The position numbers and the translations under genes are program-made. Positions 51,957 through 64,000 of a DNA stretch of 64,000 bases are shown piece after piece. The stretch is taken from assembly GCA_964016885.1 (NCBI GenBank), contig OZ024740.1, forward strand, positions 215,512,001 to 215,576,000, read 5' to 3'. Under the pieces are notes generated by a model. It was not told where the DNA came from and made no database searches. It saw nothing but the letters and a program-made list of their open reading frames with translations. The DNA is from Eledone cirrhosa (lineage: Eukaryota). The first letter of the stretch is position 1. Each line of letters opens with the position of its first letter.

Positions 51957-53850
51957 AACAGAGATATCTTTAGATAGTCACATGACAACAGAGATATCTT
52001 TAGATAGTCACATGACAGCAGAGATATCTTTAGATAGTCATGACAGCAGAGATATCTTTAGATAGTCATGACAACAGAGATATCTTTAGTCATGACAACA
52101 GAGATATCTTTAGTCATGACAACAGAGATATCTTTAGATAGTCACATGACAACAGAGATATCTTTAGTCATGACAACAGAGATATCTTTAGATAGTCACG
52201 TGACAGCAGAGATATCTTTAGATAGTCACATGACAGCAGAGGTATCTTTAGTCATGACAACAGAGATATCTTTAGATAGTCATGTGACAGCAGAGATATT
52301 TTAGTCGTGACAACAGAGATATCTTTAGATAGTCACATGACAACAGAGATATCTTTAGATAGTCATGAAAACAGAGATATCTATAGTCATGACAACAGAG
52401 ATATCTATAGTCATGACAACAGAGATATCTTTAGATAGTCACATGACAGCAGAGATATCGTTAGATAGTCACATGACAACAGAGATATCGTTAGATAGTC
52501 ACATGACAGCAGAGATATCTTTAGATAGTCATGACAGCAGAGATATCTTTAGATAGTCATGACAGCAGAGATATCGTTAGATAGTCACATGACAGCAGAG
52601 ATATCTTTAGATAGTCATGACAGCAGAGATATCTTTAGATAGTCACATGACAACAGAGATATCTTTAGATAGTCATGACAGCAGAGATATCGTTAGATAG
52701 TCACATGACAGCAGAGATATCTTTAGATAGTCACATGACAACAGATATATCTTTAGATAGTCACATGACAGCAGAGATATCTTTAGATAGTCACATGGCA
52801 GCAGAGATATCTTTAGATAGTCATGGCAGCAGAGATATCTTTAGATAGTCATGACAGCAGAGATATCTTTAGATAGTCACGTGACAGCAGAGATATCTTT
52901 AGATAGTCACATGACAGCAGAGATATCTTTAGTCATGACAGCAGAGATATCTTTAGATAGTCATGACAACAGAGATATATTTAGATAGACATGACAGCAG
53001 AGATATCTTTAGATAGTTATGGCAGTAGAGATATCTTTAGAGAGTTATGATATCAGAGATATCGTTAGAGAGTTATGATAACAGAGATATCTATAGAGCG
53101 TTTTGACAGCAGAGATATCTTCAGGGAGTCACATGACATCAGAAATATCTTTAGATAGTCATGACAACAGTGACAGCAGAGATATCTTTAGAGAGTTATG
53201 ACAGCAGAGATATCTTTAGATAGCCATGACAGCAGAGATATCTTTAGATCTATTATATGAGATGGATAATTTTAGTGCTGTCATTTAGATAGTGCTGTCA
53301 TAGGAGATATATTTAGATAGTTCTGCCATAGGAGATGTATAATGACAGTCATGACACTGTACACATGTTTAGATAGTTCTGTCATAAATCTATACATTTA
53401 GATAGTTGTATCATAGGAGATATATATCTATAGTTCTGTCATAGGAGATATATTCCGACAGTTTTATCATAAAGATATATTTAGATAGTTATCATGGGAG
53501 ATATTTAGATAGTCATGACACAGGAGATATCTTTAGACACTTTGGACACAGGAGATGTTTAATTATAGTCATTGCACTGTACATATATTTAGATAGATAT
53601 GTCATAGAAGATAGATTTCATTAGTTCTGTCATAAATATACATATTTAGATAGTTCTGTCATAGGAGATAGATTTCGTTAGTTCTGTCAGAGGAGATATA
53701 TTCAGATAGTTCTGTTATGGGAGATATATTTCCATAGTTCTGTCATAGAGATATATATCCTTAGTTCTGTCACACAGTTATATTTAGATAGTTCTGCCAC
53801 AGGTGATATATGCCGACAGTTTTATCATAAACATATTTAGATAGTTTTGT
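51957..53850. repeat. 24/28/30-bp variable-unit minisatellite and a related diverged array
   Basis: ATGACA(A/G)CAGAGATATCTTTAG(ATAG)TC(AC) to about 53250, then GATATATTTAGATAGTTCTGTCATAGGA-type units. Confidence 0.93.
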
Positions 53851-53945
53851 TAGCGATACGTTTATATAGATCTTTGACAGAAGTATATGAATATAATCGC
53901 CTGCGAGATAGACAGAAATAAATAAATAGATAGATAGATAGATGG

Positions 53946-56592
53946 ATTTCTTTATTAGCCACAAGGGCGAAAAAGAAAAGGGAACAAAACAAATACATGC
54001 CGGGGATTTTACATACAGTCGTGTAAAAAAAATATAAAACAAACGATTATAACAATCGAAATCCCCAATAGGGGGTATAGAACAACCCTCAACTTCAGGA
54101 GCGTGTTGTGCAAGTGCTCCTTTCTTCCTTTTGCTCTCTTCTTCAACCTACAGGTTTATATACAGAGAAGGCCCAATCACTCGGGCCATCTTTTCCACAT
54201 TTACCCATCTTTCAGTAAATTTATTGGGGTCCAGTGCCTCTCTCTCCACTCAGATTCTCCTTCTAAAGTGGTATCTAAAGAAGGCAATGAGTTGTTGTCC
54301 GGAGAGAAAGACATCTGTCCTCAGTCCTCTCAATCTCGTCCACCATATAACCTCTTTCACCATAGCCACTGCACAGAGGAAAACCACCTCTCTTTCGTTT
54401 TTGAAAGAGGCTGGCGGTTTGATACTTACTATGGACTCGGCAGTCAACTGGATTTGTCCCATACGCGACAGCAGTTGTTCCGCGTAGTTCCACAGGTCGG
54501 TTTCCCCCCGGGCAGTGTACAATTGCGTGCAGGACGGTTTCAATGTCCTGCGCGCATCTTGGACACGTCCTCTTGGAAGGATCCCTGCCGGGGCGTCCGT
54601 GCCTGTATATCTTGTCACGAACTGGTAGAGCTCCTCGGTAGCACTGCCAGGCCAGGGACCTCTGGAAGTTTCCCATAGGTCCCAGGCAGAAAGTCCCACC
54701 AAACAGACTGGTGAGCTTGTCGTCTTCGACGCCTAGAGTCTCTCCGAGCACGTCGTCGCCCTTGTGAAGTACTAACCCTCTATAGAATGTCGAAGTGGAG
54801 TCTCCACTGATTGCCGTGCTCGCTTGCTTGACAGAGGACTGTGAGCGCCTGAGCGCATTTAATGTGCCAGGCGCCCATCTTCTTCGGTCTTCGCTTGACC
54901 CAGGACTGCAGCTCCATCAGCGAGACAAGTTGCGGGAAGGCCTGTCTCACAAACAGTGCCCACACCGGTTGGGGGTCGGTGAGGAATACCTGATTGTGAT
55001 GTTGTTTGTGTCGGTGGTTGTGTGTTGGTGTTGGTGATTGTTGTTTTTGTGGCTTTGTGGTGCCTTTTTTTGTTTTTTGGATTTTCGAGGCTGTCCTTCA
55101 TCTTCACTTGGGGATGAAGAAGTAGCCTCGTCTGACGATGATTCGTCATCAGGAGCTCGCGGTAGGGGTATGTTGTGTGGTGATGGTGTGTGTGTGTGTG
55201 TGTTTGTGGCAGTGTTGGATGGAGTGGGATGGGACTGGACTGTGTTCTTCGGGGTAGTTGTTTGTGTTTTTCCTGCTGTTGTTGGTTGAGTGGCTGTTTT
55301 TTTGGTGCGTTTGCTTGATTTGTGTGTTGTTGTTGTTGTTGTGGTGGTGGTGGTGGTTGCTTTGGTGTTGGTGTTGGTAACAGCATTGTTTTTTTAGGGG
55401 GGGGGGGGGGGGGGGTAAATGTGTCTGTAAAGGGTAGGAGGCCTTTAGATGTGCTCTGCTGTTACATCGAAACCAGTGTGGTTTTTCTTCCTTCAACCGA
55501 AATGCTTATGCGGCTGTTGTTGTCCGCCATTACTTTTTCGGGTATTTTGGAGATTCTCTCCGGGATCATTTGCACCAGAATCTCCAAATTTGTACCAGAC
55601 TACGTGTGTCTGGTTGACTTTTTCATGGAGAGAATGGTGTCCTGTCCCTCCTCTAAAATCCTGTCAATATCCACCAAATATTAATATTTGGTGACATGTT
55701 TGCAATTCTGATTTTCTGAGTTCTTTTTCCCAGGTATGTAGGGAAGAAGGTGTATTTTTTTGACAGTATTGATGTCACTGAATATTTTCGTGCGAGGGCC
55801 TCGCTTTTGAGGAGCACCAAAATACTCCCATACTGTTTGGCCATGTGCATAAAGTCAATGTTTGGCAATATTTCCTTTAAGGTTGCCTCAATTTCCCCTT
55901 GACTGGGGAATGCTGGTCTTTTTGTTTCATTTGAAACAGTTCTGAAGGTAACTGTCCTTCGAAGTGTTTTAAGACGAATTTCTGGGGGTGAGTTTATTTG
56001 AAACCCACCGTTTTCACCGAAAATGATGAACACCTTTGCTCCAGAGAGCATCTGTCTCGCATTGGAAATATCGAGATCCTTCTAATCTTGTTTGTTGATG
56101 ACTGTTTGCACAAAAGTTAATTTTTTGGTGTTGTTGTTGTGGTGTCGGTTTTTCCGTTTGTAGTTGTGTCAATTGTTTTTTCTGTTGTTTTTTTGGTATC
56201 TGTTGTACACTGTTTAGTTCAATTTTGTTTGTGTTGTCTACTTCACTTTCGTTAAACAAAACTTTGTTGTCAACTACATTGATACAGGCAAAACTCTTAG
56301 CAACGTTAAAGTCTATTTCTTCTTTTCTTTTTCCTTCCTCAACGTTCGCTAGCGTTTCTTGAACGCTAACCATTGCTTATGGCAAAATATTAAAAATGTT
56401 CTTAACAGGTTTTCAAATTAATTTCAAATTAAATTTTTGCCCCTGTGCGGGCGAAAAATGAGATTGCCACCCAGCTGACAATTCAGCCTTGGGGTTAATC
56501 TACAAAACAATGTGTTTTTTTAAACAAGAATTTCTGTTTTTTGTAAATAAATTGACAGAAACTTAGCGGCAAAATTGTATGCGTCCACACTC
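53946..56592 (-). mobile_element. Tx1 LINE with large internal deletion (ORF1 C-terminus joined to post-RT ORF2 at about 54992)
   Basis: ORF1 pieces 56373-55000, ORF2 C-terminal pieces 54990-54148; GATA repeats at both ends. Confidence 0.9.
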
Positions 56593-56607
56593 AGATAGAT
56601 AGATAGA

Positions 56608-59600
56608 TATGTTTCTTTATTAGCCACAGGGGCACAAAAGAAGGAGACAAATACAAAGGGGGAAGTTTACATACAATAAAAACGTGTAAAATGTTATCAC
56701 AAATGCAATTAAAAAAATTAGTCGATTTTCCCCAATAGGGGAGACAGTTCATATGGTAACACATACCCCCGAAAAAATGACCAACCCTCCTCTCCAGGAG
56801 TACGAAGAGTTTGTACTCCTTTCCTCTCCTCCTCCTTTTCCTCAACCTACAGGCTGATATAGAGAGAAGGCCCATTCACTCGGGCCATTCTCGCCACTTT
56901 CACCCACCTTTCATAAAACTTGCTGGACTACAGCACCTCTCTCTCAATCCTGATTCTTCTTCCAAAGTGGTATTTGAAAAGAAGAATCAGTTGTTGGCCG
57001 GAGAGAAAGGTGTCTGACCTCAGCCCTTTCAACCTTGTCCACCATACAACGTCTTTCGCCATAGCTATCACACAAAGGAAAACCGCCTCTCCTTCGTTTT
57101 TGAAGGAGGGTGGCGGTTTGATCATGACAATGGACTCGGTGGTCAACCGGATTGGTCCCACCCGCGACAATAGTCGTTCTACATAGCCCCACAGGTCAGT
57201 GACGCCCGGGCAGTGTATGAATGCGTGCGCGACGGTTTCTTCGTTACGCACGCACCTCGGACAGATCTTTTTTGCAGGGTCCTTGCCTGGGCGCCCATGT
57301 CTGTAGAGCTTGTCTCGAACTGGTAGAGTTCCTCGGTAGCACTGCCAGGCCAAGGACTTTTGGAAGTTGTCCATCGGTCCCAGGCGGAAGGTCCTAACGA
57401 ACAGACTGGCCAGTTCATCTTCCTCTACGCCTAGAGTTTCACCGAGCGCGTCGTCGCACTTGCTGCGGATCAACCCTCTATAGAATGACGAAGTGGAGTC
57501 TCCACTGATCGCCGGGTCCGCCTGCCAGAGGGCTGTGAGCGCCTGAGTACATTCGATGTGCCAGTCGCCCATTTTCCTCTGTCTTTGCTTGACCCAGGAC
57601 TGCAGCTCGGTCAGCGAGACGAGTCATGGGAAGGCTCGCCTCACGAACGGGGCCCACACCGGTTGTCCGGTTATGAATACGTAGAGATGCCGCAACCTGA
57701 ACGCGTGTTTGCGTATCGTCAACCACGGCATCCCCAGCCCTCCGTTAGAAGGGTGTTGGCAGCAGATAGATCTTCTCACCAAAAGAGTCCGCCCCTTCCA
57801 AAGGAATTGGAAGAAGCGCGCTCCATTTTGGCGAGCGTTTTGGCTGGACAAAGCACGACGGTCAAGCAGTAGTAGATGGCGGACGCTATAAAAGTGTTCG
57901 CCACCTCCGCTCGAGCTTTCAAGGATAGTTTGCACTCGGCCCACTTCTGGGTGAGTGCAAACACCTTGGCCGTCACTTCGTTCCAGTTCTTCTGCACCTG
58001 GAGGTCTGGACCAAACCAGACCTCGAGCAGCTTTACCGGTCCTTCCGTCCAGCGTCCGACGACGCCATCGGAAGGCATCCGTTTGCCTCTCAACGATCCG
58101 AGTTGCAAACCGATGGACTGGTCCCGGTTCAGCTTCGCTCCTGTGAACCTTTCGTATTCCTTCAGTAAGGTGCTGACTTCCCCGATTTGCGAGGCGCTCG
58201 ACACCATTACTGTCACGTCGTCGGCGTAGGCCGATGCCGCTTTCCGCAGTCCCGGTTCCAGAGAGATGCCCTGCAATTGCTCCAACTTCCGCAGTAGTGG
58301 CTCGAGAGTCAGTACGTACAGAAGGGAGGAGAGAGGGCATCCCTGTCGAATGGATCGCGTAATATGGAACGGCTCCGAGAGGTAGCCGTTCACCTTGACC
58401 CTTGAGCAGATGTTGCCGTTGTGCATTACAGCAATCCAACCCCTGGGTCCGAATCCTGCCGCCTCGAGCACCGCATCCAAGTAACGATGGTCAACCCTAT
58501 CGTAAGCCTTAGACTGATCCAAGTGGATCAGGGCCCCACCGAAGCCGGGTTTACGCCCTACCCTCTCTATGATGTATCGCATGAGGTGGAGGTTGTCGTG
58601 TATGGATCGGGTCGGGATTGCACATGTCTGCGCTTCTGTAACTCTGTGTTTAGCAGAGTTATGGGCCGGAAGTTTCCTATGTCATCCCCCTTATTCTCGT
58701 CCTTCCTGACTAGTGTGACTACGCCCCCGGTTACAGAACTGGGAATTCTCCCGTTCTGTTGCCAGTTGCAGTAAACCGCTTCCAGGAGACCGGAAAATAA
58801 GTCCGGCATTGCTACGTAAAATTCGTAGGGTAGACCGTCGAGACCTGGAGATTTGCGTTTGCCGCATTGGCTCAGCGCGTCCCCTATCTCAGCGGCTGAA
58901 ATCGGCTTTTCGCAGAACTTTTCCTCGCTGTCCGAGAGTCGCGGTAGGCCGTCGAGGTATGGACCGAAATCCATAGCCCATCCCGGCGCGCCGCCCCGCT
59001 CGAACAGTTGAGCAAAGTGCCGCTGAAAGGCCGCACACATCTGCTTCGGCTCACGTATCACGCGTCCGTTTTGGTCCTTCAAAGACCGAATCGTGGACTT
59101 GTTGCCACTTTTTGGCTCCGTCACTCGGGCCCAGCTAACAGCTTTGGCTCCCTCGTTTCCCAGAGCACGTATTTTGCTTCTGACAACGCAGCCCTCGTGC
59201 TTTGCGTCGAAGAACTGGTCCAAGGCCGTTCTCGTTGCTAGCACACTGGCTACGTTGCCACTTCTAATTGCCTCTTCTACTTTATCTACCAGTTCCTTCT
59301 CGGTTCTATTTCTATCTAATGCTAATTCTTTACTAAAAACTAACGAGTCTAATCTAACTGCCCTCTTGAGAGAGTACCACCATCTGTTGTTGACAATGGC
59401 CCCTGTCAAGTGCTGTTTAACTAAAGTGCTAATGCGTCTACTGTAGGCTTTGCTTGTCGGTAACGACAAGTTCAGCTTCCAGTAGCCGGCTTCTTGTCTA
59501 TGGGTTCTATCAAGGTTGGCTATGCAGGTAACTAGTTTGTGATCTGAATAGGCAGCATTTGTGGACAGCTTAACATGTCCCTATTCTTATTTGTAACTAG

Positions 59601-62380
59601 AACCCTATCTAGGTACGATCTAGATGTTCCGCTACGATTAGTCCACGTCCACAGTGACACAGTCGGAAAATCTAGTCGATATCTATCGGCCAGGTCAAAA
59701 CGGTCGATTAACTGTTTGAGGCTGTTACACCCCCTTTATCGGGACATGCTCCCACATAGTCCCAACGTGCATCTAGGATTCCATTCCAGTCCCCCACTAA
59801 AAGCAAGGAGTGGGACGTTCCCAGAAAAGTCTCTAGACGTTTGAAGAAGTCTGGCCGCGGTGTCCCGGATGGGGCATAGGCGACCACCAGCCTGAAGGCT
59901 CCACCTTCACTACCGTCAACGTCTAGGACCACCAGTCGACCCTCCGGTCCAGATGTACCGTCTGTGTTTCGAGGCCCAGGTGTTTCCGCAGCAAAACAGC
60001 AACTCCACCCCCACCCCCGGTTGACAGAGAGATGCGTAGATCTCAAAGTCATCGAAGATGGGGGCCAGCTGTCGCTCGCTGTGGATCCTGGACTCGCAAA
60101 TATCTACCACATCCATACTGTGCGACCTGAGGTCGTTTAAGAGTTTGCCCTGTTTCCAGGGCATCCCCACGCCGCGTACGTTCACACATCCAACTCTTAT
60201 ATTGGCCATGTTGGTGCTGAAAAGTTAAAAGAGGAAAAGAAATCACTCACCCTTCGTCTCCTGGGGACCAGGCTGCACGATTTCCATGGGGTGTTGGAGA
60301 GGTTGTCTGTGTGGGTGGTGCTTTCCGGCGGGGTGGGGACGGAGATGTTTGGTGGGGTGGGGTCTGGTGGGATGGGGGTGTCTGGGGTGGGGAGACATTT
60401 GAGAAGGACACGGTTAAGTGGTTTCACACAGGAATTCCCCACATCCTTTTCAAATGTTTCTTTTAGGGACCTATAAGTTTGTATAGGGACCCTAATCAGT
60501 TTTAGGTTGAGTTTTTTGTTATTTTTAATAGAGTAGGCGAACGTTTTCCCTTCGGTTTTCATCGAAGGGTAGTTCGTGATGGTCTCCATTAGTGTTTTGT
60601 TTTCAGTGTTTATGTAAGTGTAAGTGTAATTTTCTTGTGTTGTGTTTGTTTTTGTCTGTAGTTCTTGTGTGTGCTTTCGTTTTGTTGTAGTTATTTTGTT
60701 TTCAGGAGGTGGGGGTTTTGTTTGTGATGTTTTTGTTGCTTGTGTTGGTGGTTGTATATTTGTGGTAGTTTTTGCTGGTTTTTTGCTTTTGTGATGTCTT
60801 TTCTTTCTTTGCGAGCGATGGGGTTCTCCCTCGTCTTCACTAGGTAATGGCGAGATAGCCTCATCTGTTGTATCGTCTGTGTGATTGGGGAGGGGTATGT
60901 CTTGGGGAGCTGTTGTGTCTGTATGTGATTTTGCAGTGGTTTTAGGTGGAGTGGGGTTGGGTGGGACTGTGTTTGTTGTGGTTAGGTTTGTGTGTTGGTG
61001 TTGTTGTGGTGGTGTTGGTGGTTGTGTTGTTTTGATGGGTGTCGGCATAAGAGTCTTTTTTTTACTCATTAATTTAGAACAGGAAGCCCTCGGGTGACCC
61101 CTGCTAAAGCAGTGGTAACATGAAGGCCGCCTACCCTCAACCGAAAAGTTTATGTAGGTGAGTCCGTCGAGGAGTACACGTTGTGGGATCATAGCTATTC
61201 GCTCTGGGCTCATTTGCACCAGAACTTCAACACTAGTCCCATTGAATACATCTCTGGGGGACTTTCCTACTGACAGTATTCTGTCTTCATCAAAATTGAT
61301 GAAGCCGCACAGTATCCACCATATGTTCACCTTTGGTGTGACACTCGTGATTCTAATCTTTTGTGTCCTTTTTCCCATGTATGTAGGGAAAAGGGTGTAC
61401 AGGTTGGATACAATTGGCGACACAGAGTAATTTTGGGCCGTCAATTGATCCTTCATGAGTACCGAAATACTCCCAAAGAGTTTGCTTCTTTGAATGAATG
61501 AAATATCATTCATTGAATTTTGAAAATCAGTCCAATTTCTTTCTGTGACAATTGGACTGGTTTTCGGGTAGAATTGGAAACTGTCCTAAAAACTATCGTT
61601 TTGAGAGCAGTTTCCTTGCGAAATTCTACCGGAGAATTGATGCTGAAAGCACCATTCTTTTTCGAAAGTGACATATCTCCTAGCGCCCTTTAAAAGTTGT
61701 TCGGCATTTGTGATGTCGAGATATGTCAGTTCTTCCTTTTTATGAACTGTCTGTGCAAAGGAGATTTTCGGTTTCTTTGTGGAATCATCCGTGTTGGTGG
61801 TGTTGTCATTATTGTTGTTATTCTTGTTGTTATTCTTGTTGTCACTGATGTTGATATTATTCGTATTTTCCTTGGTGTTGGTGTTGGTGTTGTTGTTGTC
61901 TTTGATGCTGGTATTATTGGTGTTGTCTTTATTTTTCTCTTTGTTGTTGTTGTCATAGTTGTTTTTATCATCATTATTGGTGTTGTTGTTATTTTTGCTG
62001 TCATTGTACTGTTTGGTGTCATTTGTGTTGTTTGGATATGAATTTATTTTTACAATTTCATTTCGTCTTTTCATCTCCATAGTATCTAGGGAAGAAGACG
62101 ATGTTGACTGCGAGCTATGTAGTCTTACAGACTCTCCACCACCATTATCGTCGAACGCAGCGTTCATAACGTAATCAAACTTCTTACGATATTTTTTCCA
62201 AAATTCGATGGAGAAAAAACTTTTCAAATGAATATTTCGCCCACCACCTGAAGGTTGACCCACCACCTGAAGGTCCAGACGGGAGGTCAAGCTACACAAT
62301 AATATAAAATGTACCTGAAAACTCACGTTTTTTTCTTACATAAATTAACGGAAACATCTTCGCGAAGTTACACACGTCTG
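56608..62380 (-). mobile_element. Full-length Tx1 LINE with frameshifts (ORF1 about 62165-60245, ORF2 60209-56847)
   Basis: CYHCFSRGHPRASC knuckle; GDWN, KSPGLDG, RQGCPLS, YADD, CPRC..H...HC; GATA repeats at both ends. Confidence 0.95.
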
Positions 62381-62390
62381 GTAGAGAGAG

Positions 62391-62451
<61 letters not shown>

Positions 62452-62460
62452 CATAGATAG

Positions 62461-64000
62461 ATATGTTTCTTTATTAGCCACAGGGGCACAAAAGAAGGGG
62501 ACAAATACAAAGGTGGGGGGGGGGGAGACTTTACACAAAAAGGCGAGTAAAGAAAACAAATAACAAATATAAAATTAACAATAAAGTCCTCAATAGGGAG
62601 GAGGCGTTTTGGGAGGTCACACACACCCCCGAAAAAATGTGCAACCCTTCTGCTCAGGAGTACAGAGAGAGGGTGCTCCCTCGTTCCTTCATCTTTTCCA
62701 CCTACAGGCTGATGTAGAGAGAAGGCCCATTCACACGGGCCATTCTCGACTCTTTCACCCACCTTTCATAAAAACGACTGGGGTGGAGCACCTCTCTCTC
62801 CATCCTGATCCTTCTTCTGAAATGATATCGGAAGAAACGGATCAGTTGTTGGCCAGAGAGAAGGGTGCCTGACCTCAGTCCTTTCAGACGCGTCCACCAT
62901 ACAACCTCTTTCACCATGGCTATTACGCACAGAAACACCGCCTCTCCTTCATTTTTGAAGTGGGGAGGTGGCTTAATCGTTACAATGGCCTTGGTGGTCA
63001 CCAGATCGGTCCCACCCGTAACAGCAGTCTTTAGGCATAGCCCCACAGATCGGCTACGCCCGAGCAGTGTACCAATGCATGTGCAACGGTTTCCTCGTCG
63101 CACACGCATCTGGGACAGATCTTTTGGGCCGGGTCCCTACCCGGGCGCCTGTGTCTGTAGAGCTTTTCTCGAACGGGTAGAGCCCCTCGGTAGCATTGCA
63201 AGGCCAGGGACTTCTGGAAGTTGTCCATAGGTCCCGGGATGAATGTCCTACCGAACAGGCTGGCCAGTTCGTCTTCCTCCATGTCTAGGGCTTCTCCGAG
63301 GGCGTCGTCGCACCTGCTGCGTACCAGCCCTCTATAGAATGTCGAGGTGGAGTCTCCACTGATAACCGGGTCCGCCTGCCAGAGGGCCGTGAGCGCCTGG
63401 GCACACTCAGTGTGCCAGGCGCCCAGTTTTCTCGGTCTTTGCTTGACCCAGGATTGCAGCTCGGTGAGTGAGACGAGTCTGGGAAAGGTTCGTCTCACAA
63501 ACGGGGCTCACACCGGTTGACCGGTGAGGAATACGTGGAGGTGCCGTAGACTTAATGCTAGTTTACGCATCATTAGCCTCGGCATCCCCAGCCCTCCTTT
63601 CGAAGAGTGTTGACAGCAGATGGATCTCCTCAACAAAGGAGCCCGCTTCTTCCAAAGGAATTGGAAGAGTGCGCGCTCCATCTTGGCGAGGGTTTCCCTT
63701 GGGCAAGGCACGACGGTCAGGCGGTAGTAGATGACGGACGCTATATAGGTGTTCGCCACCTCCGCCCGACCTTTCAGGGATAGTTTGCAACTGGCCCACT
63801 TCTGGGTCAGTGCAAACACCCTGTTCGTTACCTCACCCAGTTCTTCTCCACCTGGAGGTCTGGTCCGAACCAGACCCCGAGCAACTTCACCGGGCCCTCC
63901 GTCCAGCGTCCGACGACGCCATCGGAGGGCATCGGTTTGCCCCTCCACGTGCTGAGTTGCAAACCGATCGACTTGTCCCGGTTCAGCTTAGCCCCTGTAA
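62461..64000 (-). mobile_element. Tx1 LINE 3' part, continues beyond window; same subfamily as 39521-44695
   Basis: Near-identical ORF2 C-terminal peptides; ends in (GATA)n 62390-62460. Confidence 0.95.

Overview
Gene-poor, repeat-dominated eukaryotic DNA. The SINE, microsatellite and LINE make-up suggests a cephalopod such as Octopus (inference). No host protein-coding gene, rRNA or true tRNA can be supported, and most ORFs in the track are translated microsatellites. The window contains: (1) seven copies or fragments of a Tx1-clade LINE, one with an intact APE-RT-CCHC ORF2, six of them stacked head-to-tail in (ATCT)n/(GATA)n repeats; (2) several Penelope-like element (PLE) families in (TA)n tracts, including a near full-length copy whose ORF1 is linked to RT-GIY-YIG by a U_UUU_UUA -1 slippery site; (3) at least six distinct minimal hammerhead-ribozyme-like motifs; (4) four long fold-back palindromes plus one inverted terminal copy, several turning exactly at the hammerhead stem-II loop; (5) CRE-like and R4/Dong-like RLE retrotransposon fragments, tRNA-derived SINEs, a hAT remnant and three satellite arrays (75 bp, 26 bp, 24-30 bp). 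All alignments and folds were read by eye, so boundaries are approximate.
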